Shown: positions 40,804 through 53,774 of the stretch, piece by piece
Layout: each line of letters starts with the position of its first letter
How positions within the stretch are numbered: position 1 is the stretch's first letter
Source of the DNA: Felis catus
Lineage: Eukaryota
DNA length: 64,000 nt
Reading direction: 5' to 3'
Assembly: GCF_018350175.1 (NCBI RefSeq)
Contig: NC_058368.1
Location: 126,854,001 to 126,918,000, forward strand
The notes under the pieces: model-generated
Database searches by the model: none
What the model was told of the DNA's origin: nothing
Seen by the model: only the letters and a program-made list of their open reading frames with translations
Made by a program: the position numbers and the translations under genes

Positions 40804-41439
40804 GAGAAACTCTAGTTTTGTTGAGAGGTACTCTGAGGCTGAAATAACATCAAACTGATCTGATGATAGCTGTATTTGAATTCTGCTTCTACATGGTCTC
40901 CCTGGCATAGTATTTTATAATTCTTGATTCATCATGAATCATATATGCCAGATACAAATTTTTCTACGTTCACAACTACTGAGTAAATCTAGCAGAAACC
41001 ACTACCACGACCACCATCATTATCACATCTACAAAGGACTTTTGTTTCAATGAAGAATAATTAAGGCAATGAATGGGTGCAGAGACCTCACATAAATGAA
41101 ACCTCCACAAAAATAATCTTGTATGAATACAGAGTTTCTACTTAAAGGGAAAATTAGGACCCTCAATTTACTTAAACTCTCCTAAGTCAACACCAATTTT
41201 CCATGCTTATGAGGGCCATCATAATCACCATAAAATACTTACTAATATTCCCTCTGTACTTCGTGGTATGCTTTGGAAAAATAATTTAAACAGAGAATAC
41301 TTGTCTCCTAAGGCAATAATAAAAAAAGCAAATAGGCAGATTTCTAGAAATACATATTTAATCTTTTATTTTATCCACATGTATTGTGGATTTTAAAGTA
41401 ATTATAAGTCATAAAACTTAGGCTCCATATTCCTTTCAA

Positions 41440-42570
41440 CAAAGAGAATTTAAACAAATGGACATCCATTCACAAAAAAGTGAACTTCCACCTTTTTTTT
41501 GCACCATATTAGTATATAGCTACTCAAAATGGATCCTAGAAATAAATGTAAAACCCAAAACCGTAAAACTGCTAGAAGTAAAAACAGCAGAAAATATGTG
41601 TGATTAGGCAAAGACTAGGCAAAGATTTCTTGGAACACAAAAGAGCATATAAAAGACAAAAATGATAAACCAGACTTTATCAAAACTTCTCTTTCAAAGA
41701 CAGTGATAAGAAAACAGAACAAGCCACAGACTGAGAAGAATGTATGTATAAAATATGTATCTGATAGAGATTTATATCTTGAATTTATAAAAATCCTTAC
41801 AATTTAAAAAGATCAGTAAGCACATAAAAAGATGTGCAACATCACTAGTCATTAAGGAAACAAAAATTAAAATCAAAATCTAATGCTACTACAAACTTAC
41901 TAGAATAGCCAAAATGAAAAAGACGAGCAATACAAAATGCTGGCTTGGATGAAGACCAAGTGGAACCCTCATAGAACACTGGTAGGATTGCAAAATGGGA
42001 CAGAGACTTTGGAAATAGTTTGGCACTTTCTTATAAGTTAACAATTATATTCATTACATGTTCCAGCAGTCCCACTCCTAATTATTTACCCAAGAGAAAT
42101 GAAAGCATATGTCCATACAAAAGCCTGGATGTAAATGTTTATAGCAATTCTATTAATAACAGCTGAAACCTGCAAATAGCCCAGTTGTCAATCAACTGGT
42201 GAATGACTACACAAATTGTGGTATATCCATAAAATAAAAAACTAGAAAGCAATAAAAAGAAATAAATTACTAATACATGCATAGTGTTATTATTGGATGA
42301 ATCTCAAAAGCGTTATGCAAAGTGAAGGAAGCCATTAACAAAAGGCTCTTTGTAACTATATGCTTTTATTCATACGACATTCACTGCTTGCCAGGGACAG
42401 TAGTAGAGGGAGGGGAATGAGTACAAAAGGAGCATGAGAACTCTTCTTGGGTGATGAAATATTCTACATATACATTAAGGTGGTAGTTATCCAATTGCAT
42501 ACATTTGTCAAAATATTCTCAACTATATCTAAAAAGTGGACATCTTACCTTATGTAAATTATACCTCAAA
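41440..42570 (+). mobile_element. Old L1M ORF2 end and 3' UTR (decayed)
   Basis: 'aggcaaagatttctt', 'catcactagtcattaaggaaa', 'cccactcctaattatttacccaagagaaatgaaagc', 'tggatgaatctcaaaag' are L1 hallmarks. Confidence 0.88.
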
Positions 42571-43654
42571 ATCTGACTCTACAAATGTTAGGTAATGTTA
42601 CTCAATTATTTCAATCCCAAATTTGCTTAACTTTGCCTAAAGAAAATGAAAAACCAAAATCTCAAGCATAGTTACATATGATAAAATAACATTTTTACTT
42701 TAAGAGCTCCACCAGTATATCCCAGAAGAAAAGGCATATATTTGTCTACAGTCTATTTTAACTTTGAATAATGCAAAATATGGTAAATTCCTAGTTATAC
42801 ACAGTATTCAGGCAATATAGTAACTATTGAAATATCCTCATAAATACTAGTATTTGAGATTTGAATTCTTTGGAACAAAATATTTCCTAAATACATTAGA
42901 TATTTTCATGCTTTCTTAAGCAAACCAAACTGATCTTAATTTAATGATTTAATGGTGATCCTGGGCCACCTTTATTCACTCATCAATAAATAGTCAATTT
43001 TCAATAGTCAATAGTCAAATACAGATTATTTACTGTATGTTCACTCTAGGCTAAGCACTGTGTGAGCTGCTGGAGACAGAAAAATACAGTAAAGCAGGAA
43101 GAGCTGTTTGCAGAAAACCCAATAGTCCCAACTGCTGTGGGTTCTTTTTGAATCCTTCCATTACTTTTTCAAAATTTTTTTTTCTGAGTCCTTGTTTTAT
43201 AGCCTGTTCTCCTTATAGTTAGCATAAATCTGCCTCCTTGTAGTCAATATAGCATCTCTTTCCCTATCTTTTATGATAGATTTTTGTCTAAGGCAGCAAT
43301 TTTTAGAATGTGTTACAAAGAACAGCAGTCCGATGTGATAATTCTCAAAGAAGACATTGAGAGTTAAACTTTTGACATAGTGCTAACCTTCTTGGAGATG
43401 GTGTACATTAGCATATTAAAGGCTTTGCCAAGGACCATAATATATAACCCTGATTTACTTTGTTTAACCCAGTATTTCTCAAACTTATTCTACTACCTAA
43501 CTCTTGGTTCTCTTCACATTTACTAACAAGTAAAATCAAACAAACAAAAATACCAGGGTTTCGGGAAAATAAAAACAGAAAATAGAAAAGAAAATAGGTA
43601 ATTCTGGTGGAAAGCAACAGGCTTTAAATATCAGAAAACAAACTGCTTTAGAAT

Positions 43655-44330
43655 GGTCATTCACTTATTTACTCAACAAGTATTTATTAAACAGCTACTA
43701 TGTGCCAGAATGGGGGATACAGTAATAAACACAGAAGAATTTCCTAAGCATGTAAATCTTGAACTGTTGGGGCAAAAAGACAAGAAATGAATGAGAAACA
43801 TACTGAATGGAAGACAAGGGGGTAATGTGATACCATGATAGTGGACTAGTAAATTAAAGAGTCAGGAAAAGCTGCACTGAGAAGGTGGTATCTGACACGA
43901 GATCCAAAGGATTAAAAAGAACTAACCAGACGATCTAGGGCAGAGCATTCTCAGCAAGGAAAGTCAGAATGAGGGAAGACAGGTATAAAGAACGAGATTA
44001 CAAGTATATCAAGGCAAGATCATGTGGGTCCTTGTAAGTCTTGCAGAGAATACAGGACACCACTGAAAGGTGCTGAGTTACATGATGTGATTTACATTTT
44101 ACAAAGCTGTCTCTGTGGAGAATGGTTTATGGAAGGACAGAGCAGACAGATGGAGAGTGGATGCAGTGAGTAAGAGTTGTCCAGACTTGAATGGAGTGCT
44201 ACAAGTGAAGAGAAGAGAAGAATCAACACCTAGACTTCTGGTTTGATCAGTGTATGACTTGGATGGATGTTTGTGCCATTTGCTAACATGGAGGAGACTG
44301 GGGGAGGTAAAGACTTGGAGGATGACAAAG
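43655..44330 (-). mobile_element. L2 fragment
   Basis: 'cattcacttatttactcaacaagtatttattaaacagctactatgtgcca...gtgccatttgctaacatggaggagactgg'. Confidence 0.7.
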
Positions 44331-47300
44331 AGGCAAAAGAAGAGTTGTATGAATCAAGTGCAAGAAAGCTTAAACACATGAAGTTTATTTTACTGTTGAG
44401 GAACCCCCTCAAACAAAAAAACTCTGCTGTACTTGACCTATATGTGAAATCTAATGCCCTATGAGATGAGTCAATTGCATTATGTTAGATGGAATGGGAT
44501 CATCAAACATACCATAACTCTGATTCTGTGAAATACATCCAAGCTGGAAAGCTCCACTGAAGACATTTAGTCCAATCTACACAGACAGGAGTCCTGCAAG
44601 TCTTCATATATAATAATCCACTTCTCCTGGATTTCCTCCACTGTGGTGTAAGTTTTTCACTTTGAGTGAAACTAGTTTTAAACCACCGAGCTAATACTGA
44701 GGTAATGATCATTAGCTTGCATTAAGCTAACACCATTTTTCAAAAGGTCTAAAGGCCTTATAAAAAAAACCCTAAAATTGATTTGACTATGGACACAGCA
44801 AGAGAAAACAAAATATGGTTCAGGGATTTTATTACAGAAATTGCAGTAAGAAGAAGAGTAGTAAATATCCTTAACCTTTCATATAAAAAAACTTAGGTCT
44901 TCTAAACAGTGATAAACAGCTTAACATGAGCAATTGTAGCTTGGGCTCTTACTCTCTCCTAATAGGCAGAAAATCAAGGATATGAATTAATTAGGACGTA
45001 TGAACTTCCACGTGGCATAATGAGAAAACATGACAAGAAAATGGCTTTTATATAGCTTCCACAATGCCAGTTGTGGAAGTGCTGAAGACCTTCCTGGAAT
45101 TATTTCATTTATTTCTAGTAACAACTCTATGATGACTAGCATTACTCCCATTTTAAAGAGGACCCTTAAGGTCTTAACCACCAACTCTGCACAGGCAACT
45201 GCCAGGTAAGGTACTGTCGCACTACTGGCAATCTAGTCCTGACAACTGAAGGTTTTTCTTTTGATACATGGTCTCACCTCAACTTCATGTCAAAAAACTT
45301 AACTGCTATCTTTCACCCCACCCTCAAACTGGCTTCTACTTTTCTAGGTATCATCCTTTCTATGTTTATGTGTAGAATTTTATACTTTCTTCTTATTCCC
45401 TGCAGTCCTGCTACCCCAAATCTGAGATAACTTGTCTTCCTTCCCACACAATCCTTCTCCTACCTTTTATCCCTTCCTGTTTTGGTCTATCATCACTTAC
45501 TTGCCTAAGTCTCTAACAGACCCTTCTTGCTTTCACTATTGCCCCTCAGTATGATCTATGCCCCCACCAGACTTATCTTTATAAAATCATTTTGTTATTT
45601 TCCTTCTAATATTTTCCTTAAAATACGAGCGTTCTTCAGGACTTAGAGGATAATGTGCAAATGGCTTAGTCTGGCACTGAAGGCACTCTTCACTGTGGTC
45701 CCAAGTCTACATTTCTCATACCTACCTCTGTTTCCAGCACCAGACTTTCTGTTTCAGGCAGGCTCACTCTTCCAAAACACCCACTACTTGCCCACTCCCA
45801 CAAACACAGTAGAGCGAAATCCACAGTAGTGCCCCATCCTACCCAGCCTCATCTAGCCTCTGGAATGCCATCTCTTCCTTTGTTAGCAATCTATATCAAT
45901 CTTCCACGTTAAAGATCTAGCCTAAGTAACTCTTTTTTTCTGGGATGTTTCCCAATTAATTTGGTCCTCAGTGTTTAACACACTATAAACTTCCCTACAG
46001 GACCAGAACACCATGAACTATGCTATTATTCATTAACACACAACGCGTTTACTTACATGACTAGTTATATTTTTAGTTTGTATATCCATATGCCTATCAA
46101 TCTATTTTCTATCTTTTTATCTATCATCTGTCTTTTTATATACCTATTTTATCTACCTATTTGAATACAAACATACATACAAAAATCTCATTTGTCTCTA
46201 AAAACCTCTAGAGCACTTATACATTCTACAGCAACTAGCCAAAAACAAAAATCTCTTAGTGAAAGCCTAAATAGCAGATTGTGATTATCTGAAGCCAAAA
46301 CAAAAAACAACAGAAAAACTTCCTAATGATTTATTTCTCACATGAAAATGGTATCTGGTCTAGAAACTGGTCAAGGATAAAACATAAATAATAAACTAAA
46401 AATTTCACTTAAAAGTGATTATGTCAATAAAGAGCAAAATCAGGGTCTTATGTCTAGCAACAAAAATTTTTATTTGCCACAAGATAAAACCTTGACCAAA
46501 ACAACACAGTACTATTTTGTTGAGTCACTTCAACTTTCCTGTGCCTTGATACCTCATCTGTAAAATGATGGAGATCTCACAAATTTTTTACCTCTAAGGA
46601 TGTATGGAATTAAAAAAGAAAAAAAACCCACAACTTTTATTAAGCATACCAAAGTTTGATTTCTCTGCAAAATGGCTGACAGTAAGTAGAAAAAGGAAAG
46701 GGATCAATCACCTATTCACTGACTCATTTTTAATTCTTAGAACAACTACACTACTGGGGAATTTGCTCTCCCTCTGCTATGGCTAGTATCAGACTTATGA
46801 CTAAGACTTTATCATGGGCTGAAATTAGGTTCAAGGTGATTTCATCCACTCCTCTGTTTCTCAGTGAGATTGTCATTTTAAATCTGTGCAATGATTAAAG
46901 AGTTTATTTTGGTTCCTGTTTCTACCTTCCCCAAGAAGAGTTACCTAGTTATCTGATATTATTGATACTTGACACTCTTGTAAATAATCATACTCTCAAT
47001 ATTTCACAGAATCAAAAAATCATTTGGAGGTGTCTTGAAGGACATCCAAGGTGAGGGAGAAGTGAAGCATAAGCAATGTACCAATATTTAGACAGAGTGG
47101 AATGGAGATCTACCTGAGACCCTCACAACACTAATAAATGTTTCTTTCATGGCTGCCTTCACACATATTCTTTCAAGGTAATCATAATTAAGGAGTCAAG
47201 TAAGAGTGTAAATAAAAATATGCTATCATAGAGTGCTAGGTAACCAAGCTAAAACTAAAGTAAACAAACTCAGTGGGCCATCACATATGCAAGCTAGTGA

Positions 47301-49465
47301 GGGCCCATAAATCACCATGGCTGGGTATCAGGATTTCAAAGGCACACTCTGGGAGCTCTTTTGCCCAGGCCTGTTGATTCAAGCTCTAGTTGCATTGGGT
47401 CACCTATATGGCAGCATATAAAGTTCACCTTTTAAGTTTAAAAATAGTCCCAATCCCCATCCCTACTAAAGATAGGCCACTTTATATGCCTATTATGTGT
47501 GTGTACCACTCAATGCACTTTAGTCAGGTTTTCATCTAATTTGTACAACAAGCCTCTGAGATACATTTTGTTAGTCCTGATTTGCAGAGAAAAAAGGTTC
47601 AGAGAAGATGAAGCAATTTAATTACCCAAGGTCACAACTCTAGTGTGAAGTGATACAGAAGAGGAATTGCTAAGCTCATTGGAATTTAGAAGATTTACAG
47701 GAGAATGAAGATAAAAGTTCAAATCTATCACCTGCTATTCTGTTCCACTTTACTCTTCTTGCATCTAATAACTTATACTATATTAGAGTGAACCAATCTA
47801 TACTTATTTTGATGCAGTCTCTCTTCACCTTGTTCCAGCTTGTACCTTGTTGCCCCGTGTCCTCACCCCCAGGCACCCTGTTCCTTAGGGGATGGCCCAG
47901 CATTTGGATGTGACAATCCACCCATGCTGCTACTGGGCTATGACTCAAGGAGGCAACAGGTGAAGTAGAGGATGCCAGCTACCAACGCTAAAAAAGACTC
48001 TAGCCTCATGTGCTACCCTTAGTCTGTAAATCTTCCCTCTCCAGTCAGTTGCCCTAGTCACTATCCCCACAGCTGACTGTCCTCTCTTAACCATTCATAC
48101 CCTCGCCATGATCCATTTGGATTTCTTTTTTTCTTCAAGGCTGTCCCAAAAATTCATTCCAATCAGATTTCACCACAGGAACCCTGCAGTAGAAAGTGGG
48201 CAGGAACATGATGAACCCATCAGTCTGCCTCTAGCCAAGGAAAGTCCCATCCTAGGTGAGCCCAATCAGAGAGATTTCTCCTTCTTAGACCACACCTCCC
48301 CTTCCTCATCTGTCCGAAAAAGTCATCTTTCTATCTTTCTTTCCTGCAGTCTTCATTCCTCATTCTATCCTCAAGTCTTTCTTCCCTCGCCACTTTGCCC
48401 CCACCAAGAAAACAGACCTCCACATTACCATGGTAATAGGCCATTTTAAAAATCCTGACCCCTGCTTACGCCTTCCCTGAGTTTATCCTATATCTTCTTC
48501 TGCCACGCTCTCCAGTATCAGTCAAGCTTCATTCCATCCAATTATACCCGTACCCTCTCCAAATCCCTTCCAGCTCAGGATCTCAGGTCTGCTTTTGCCA
48601 GTTTGTCTTCTCAACCCTCTGACCCCATTACCCTCCAGTTTATACCTGTGCCCTGTTAACTACCTGCTTGCTAGGTTGACTCCCAACCTAACATGCTGTC
48701 TCACTATCATACTCTTTCTAGGAGCCAGACTAGGTCCTGTCTACCCAACCTCTCATGACGCAAAGAATAAGGGACACAGAATAGGATTCCCCTCTAGGAA
48801 TTATATTTTGTTGAAACTATCCTTGCTATTTGAAATCTAGTACTTATTTAAAAATTATATTTGGATATATTTTGAAAATTCAGCCTGAGAATAAACACCT
48901 GTTCTTCTATCTCCCCATCTTTCCCCAGATGCTACATTCAGAAAAATAAGTGTCTTTATATCTATTAACAAGCACATGGATCTTATACAAGTCTAATTGA
49001 GCCTCAGTTTCATATCTTTAAAAATGAGACATATTTTTTTTGACATGTAGTGTACTGTTTCTGGGACTAAGTTAGAAATTTAAGGCTTGAAGTACAAGAG
49101 TATATCAGGATCATACCTTATATCAGAAAGTAAGTTACATACCAGTGTTTCCTGACCACTTATAGTCAAAGACTGTTCATACATAGCAAAGTGATAATAT
49201 TAAAATGTTTGAAAATATAGCTAAGGGATAAAAAGTGATTCATCTTTCCATTGAGTTATACTTTGGAAGCAACAAATTGCTTCCAATCTATAATGATGCA
49301 AGCTCTTGGTTTTACCTCTTCTAATATGTACTCTTTCATCATTTTACTGCTCGAGAACACTACAGAGAAAAATTAAGATTTAGGCCCAAACAGTACCTTC
49401 CAGGAGAAATTAATCTAAACTTTCCCCAATATATGATTAAAAAAAAATAAAATACTTCTAATAAA

Positions 49466-49734
49466 GGGCACTTGGTGGCTCAGTCGGTTAGGTGTCTGAC
49501 TTTCAATTTCAGCTCAGGTCATGATCCCAACAGTTTGTGGGAATGAGCCTCACGTCGGGCTCAGCAGGCTGATAGCTAGGAGTCTGTTTAGGATTCTTTC
49601 TTTCTCTCTCTCTCCCCCCTCCCTCTCTCTCCCTCTCTCTCCCTCTCCCTCTCTCTCTCCCTCTCTCTCCCCTGCCCCGCTAGCACACACAAGCATGTTC
49701 TCTCGCTCTTTCAAAATAAATAAACTTAAAAAAA
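49466..49734 (+). mobile_element. CAN-SINE with expanded (CT)n
   Basis: gggcacttggtggctcagtcggtt head; CT-rich body; aaaataaataaacttaaaa tail. Confidence 0.9.
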
Positions 49735-51639
49735 GGAATATTTTTAGTAAAACATTCCTAGGATTTCTTGTAACCTAATTATCACTTACCCTTTTAGAGA
49801 TCTAAGAGACCATGCTGAGAATATATGACTTATGTAACAAAGAACAAAATCAAAGTTTATGCCCAAGATAATGTTAATTAGTTTCATTCTTATCAGAGCA
49901 TATTGTTGAAATAGCCTTGAAATTCTCAAAAAAAAAAAAAAACAAGAGGATCAGTGCTTATTTAAAAAAGGGAAGGAACAAATCAGCAAAAATCCACTGA
50001 ATACTTAATCTATAAAAGACTCTGAGCAAATCTCCCAAAATAAAGTTCAAAACTTCAGTTCTCCTAAATCTAAATTTCTGCATACTCTTTTAACAGAATT
50101 ATAGCTTTTTTTGCATCCTTTGCAATCTTTAACTTCTTTTGTGAAATAAGGTTTCCTTACAAATAATGAAACGACACCTATAAATCATTTAAAGCACCCA
50201 CGACAGCATTTTTGCTCTTCTATGAAATTGTTAAAGCCCCTTCAAATTTGAAATTTATCAAAGTTCTTGTGACAAAGCCCATCACCATTCATTGTTAAAT
50301 TTGTAGTTCATTATTTATCTGAAGATTGAAAAAAAACAACAAGCAAACATAAAATAGAAACTCTCTTGGTCAAAGAATGTACTCCTTTTCTAAAACCTGA
50401 ATTTGATGCAAAAAGGCATAAACAATGGAAAGCCAACTTACTAAGAAATGCTCTTTTCTTTGTAATTCTGTAAAATTAGTATAATTTATGATTCTTTAAA
50501 TAGATGCATGATCATTTGTTTTTTTTATTTTTTTTAAGTAATTGTCCATTGCAATGAAATGTCTGTTCTTTCTCCCTAATGGGTTTGCATTGGATGACCA
50601 AGTGAAATTAAGGGAGAACAACAAAAGGAAAACACTTGGATATAGTCTCTCAAAATATTTTGGAGAGTATTATTTAATTATTATTAAAGACATTTAATAT
50701 GTCTTTATTCATATTTAGGTCTAACACAAAAAGCAACAAAAACATGCTATGCCAACAATGGAAAAGCCTTAAAATCAGCCAGTTCTTTTCTGAAATGAAG
50801 AAGACAGATATCAGCCTGCACTTAACTCCACAGTGGCAGCCTTGCTCATCTTTGCTCAGTTGCTATGGACACGCCCTGTCAGGCCTGTGCCTTCTACTCT
50901 CTAGACCTGTTTATGACAGGCTGAGGTGTTTCCTATTATGGTGCCTATGTCTGCACAGCGCACTGCTTGCCAGTAATAAAAGCCAGAGGCTGCCACTATA
51001 GCGATTACAGCACAGCAGACCAGAGATGCTGACGGAAACCCAAGCACGCCCTGGGTAAAACTGCACAGAACACTCCCTAACAGGCAAAAGCCAACAAACA
51101 CATCCTTTCTTCCCAGGCTAGCAGAGAAAGTGCTCAGAAATGTCACTTTTAGTTGGAACAAAATTATAAAAGAATATTGTTGCTAAAATATGTATGGAGG
51201 AAAGAGAATAATTTAACAGCCACCAATATGGCCCGCATGGTTTTGTCTGTGCATTGTAAACTTTTAATTTAAATGAGAGGAGACTAATGTGAACATAAAC
51301 TATGCTAAAATTTCTGAGACCCAAGTGTATAAGCAGAAGTGAGACGCTTAAGTGGAAATGATCAGGATTCTTACCAAAGAAAGGACTGTCTTGCAAGGCA
51401 TTAACCATAGTCCATAGACTCTGAGTCTATCAATTCAAGATGAGAAATGGCATTTACATTAACCAACATCATGCATCTGGTACTAATTTATGTGACCAAA
51501 TACAAAATAATACATTGATATGCACTAGTTTTGGGCTTGAAGCCATGTCTCATCAATACTCGTAGTGGCTGGTAGAAAACTCACTGTTTGTGTATTTAAA
51601 CAGTTATTAAACCAACATGCTGATCAGAAATATAGCTTG

Positions 51640-51847
51640 GGGGCACCTGGGTGGCTCAATCAGTTAAGCATTCGGCTCTTGATTTCAGCTCAGGTCTTAT
51701 CTCATGGTCTGTGAGGTCAAGGCCCACATCAGGTTCCATGCTGTAAGTGAGGAACCTACTTAGGATTCACTCTCTCTCCCTCTTTTCCTGCCCCTCCTGT
51801 GCTCACTCTTTCTCTCAAAATAATTAAAGTTAAAAAAAAAAAAAAAA
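51640..51847 (+). mobile_element. CAN-SINE
   Basis: ggggcacctgggtggctcaatcagtt head; poly-A tail; TSD agaaata(t/g)agcttg. Confidence 0.92.
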
Positions 51848-52920
51848 GAAATAGAGCTTGTATTCTATTAACACATTCAAATTAAAAAAAAGTATAATCT
51901 CCTTCCCACTATTTATGAGTTAAGATAAAGGCTCTGATCCTAAATGAGGCTGAGACCCTCTAAACAGTGAACTACAAAAGAAGTCAGGAGATTCCTTAGC
52001 TACCCCAGTGTAACTGGATAAGTTTTGGGCCTCATTTTCCAACGTACACTAGATGAGTGAGACAAATGATCACTTTTAACTTTTTTAGTTCTAAAACATA
52101 AGGTTTCAGTCTGAGATGACAATGGATAACAGTTAACAATAATGCTTTCAAATGCTGTTCATGCTAAATACTACCAAAACTACCACAAAACTGTGGTAGA
52201 CAGGAACAGATTATAATTTCACTTATTAATTTACATCTGGACTCAAATGACATTAAGCTGAAAATTTTCTTCAGTTCTTTGACCAAATTTCAGTAACTTC
52301 CTTGCAAAGGGTCTGATAAACAGTAAAATTAAAGCTAACACCCATAAAAGAATAACTTTGAGGGTTTTTAGGGCTTAGAAAATTGAAATTAACTTTAGTC
52401 CCTGAGGACTGATCAGTAATGATTCTATAGCACTGAGAGGAGAAACACTTAAAGCTGCATTGCAAGGACCAAAATACCATTAATATGATTCACCCAATAT
52501 TTATTGAGCACCTACTTAACAAGGCTTTCTGTCTAATGCTATGGGTGCTGGAAAAATGAGTAAGACTAACAACCTAGTGTACAACATAATGTCAGTAAAA
52601 CTAAGAAAAATATTACAGTATTTAGAGTTAAGGGAGTTAAGAAAGACATGACCACCTAATCAGGGGAGGCTGGGGTGGGAGATATGGGAGAAGAGAGGAC
52701 AGAAAAAACTTCAAGGAGGAGGCAACATTCCAAATAGGCCTTAGAAGACAGTTAAGATTTGTTTAATAAATTTTTTATTTTAGCAAAGTTTTAGATTTAT
52801 AGAAAAACTATGAAGTACAGAGAGTTCCCATATGCCCTTCATCCAATTTCCCCCCACTATTAACACTACATTACTATGACATATTTATCACAGGTGCTGA
52901 ATCAACACTGATACATTATA

Positions 52921-53156
52921 TTATTATTACTATTATATTTATTATTATTATTATTATTATTATGTTTATTTATTTATTTTGAGAGAGCACCAGTGGGGTA
53001 GGTGCAGAGAGAGGAAGAGAGAGAGAATCCCAAGCAGGATCCACACTATCAGTGGTAGAGCCTGATATGGGGCTTGAACTCAAGAAACGTGAGATCATGA
53101 CCTGAGCTGAAACCAAGAGTCAGACACTTAACCGACTGAGCCACCCAGGAGCTCCC
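52921..53156 (-). mobile_element. CAN-SINE nested in L1
   Basis: (TTA)n tail; 'cttaaccgactgagccacccagg'; TSD aacac(t/g)gatacattat. Confidence 0.92.
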
Positions 53157-53725
53157 AACACGGATACATTATTATTAACTGAAGTCCACACTTTAACCAG
53201 ATGTCCTTAGTTTTCACGTAATGTTCTCTTTCTAGTCTAGGATCCTATCCAAGATCTCACGTTATATTTAGTAACGTAGGCTCTTAGTTGTGACGGTTTC
53301 TCCGATTTTCCTTGTTTTTGTTAACCTTGACAGTTTTGAGGAGAACTAGTCCGATGTTTTGTAGAATGTCCCTTAGTTAGGAATTATCTTATGTTTTTCT
53401 CATGATGAGAGTTGGGTTATATGTTTTTTTTAGAAAGACCACAAATGTAAAGAATTATTTTCATCAGAGCATATCAAGGGTATATACTACAACCTGACTT
53501 ATCACTGTTGATATGGACTTTGATGACCTGACTGAGGTAGCTGTGTGTGTGTGTGTGTGTGTCAGATTTCTCCATTATAGAGTCATTCTTTTTCCATACT
53601 GTGCTTTTTGGAAGGGAGTCAATACGTACAGTCCACCCTGCAGGAGGGGAGAGTTTTGCTCTCCTTCCTTAAGAGCAGAATATCTAGGTTGTGGAATTCT
53701 TCTGCACAGATTTTTCTATTCTTAT

Positions 53726-53726
<1 letters not shown>

Positions 53727-53774
<48 letters not shown>
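53727..53774. repeat. (TATC)12 tetranucleotide microsatellite
   Basis: Perfect TATC run. Confidence 0.97.
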
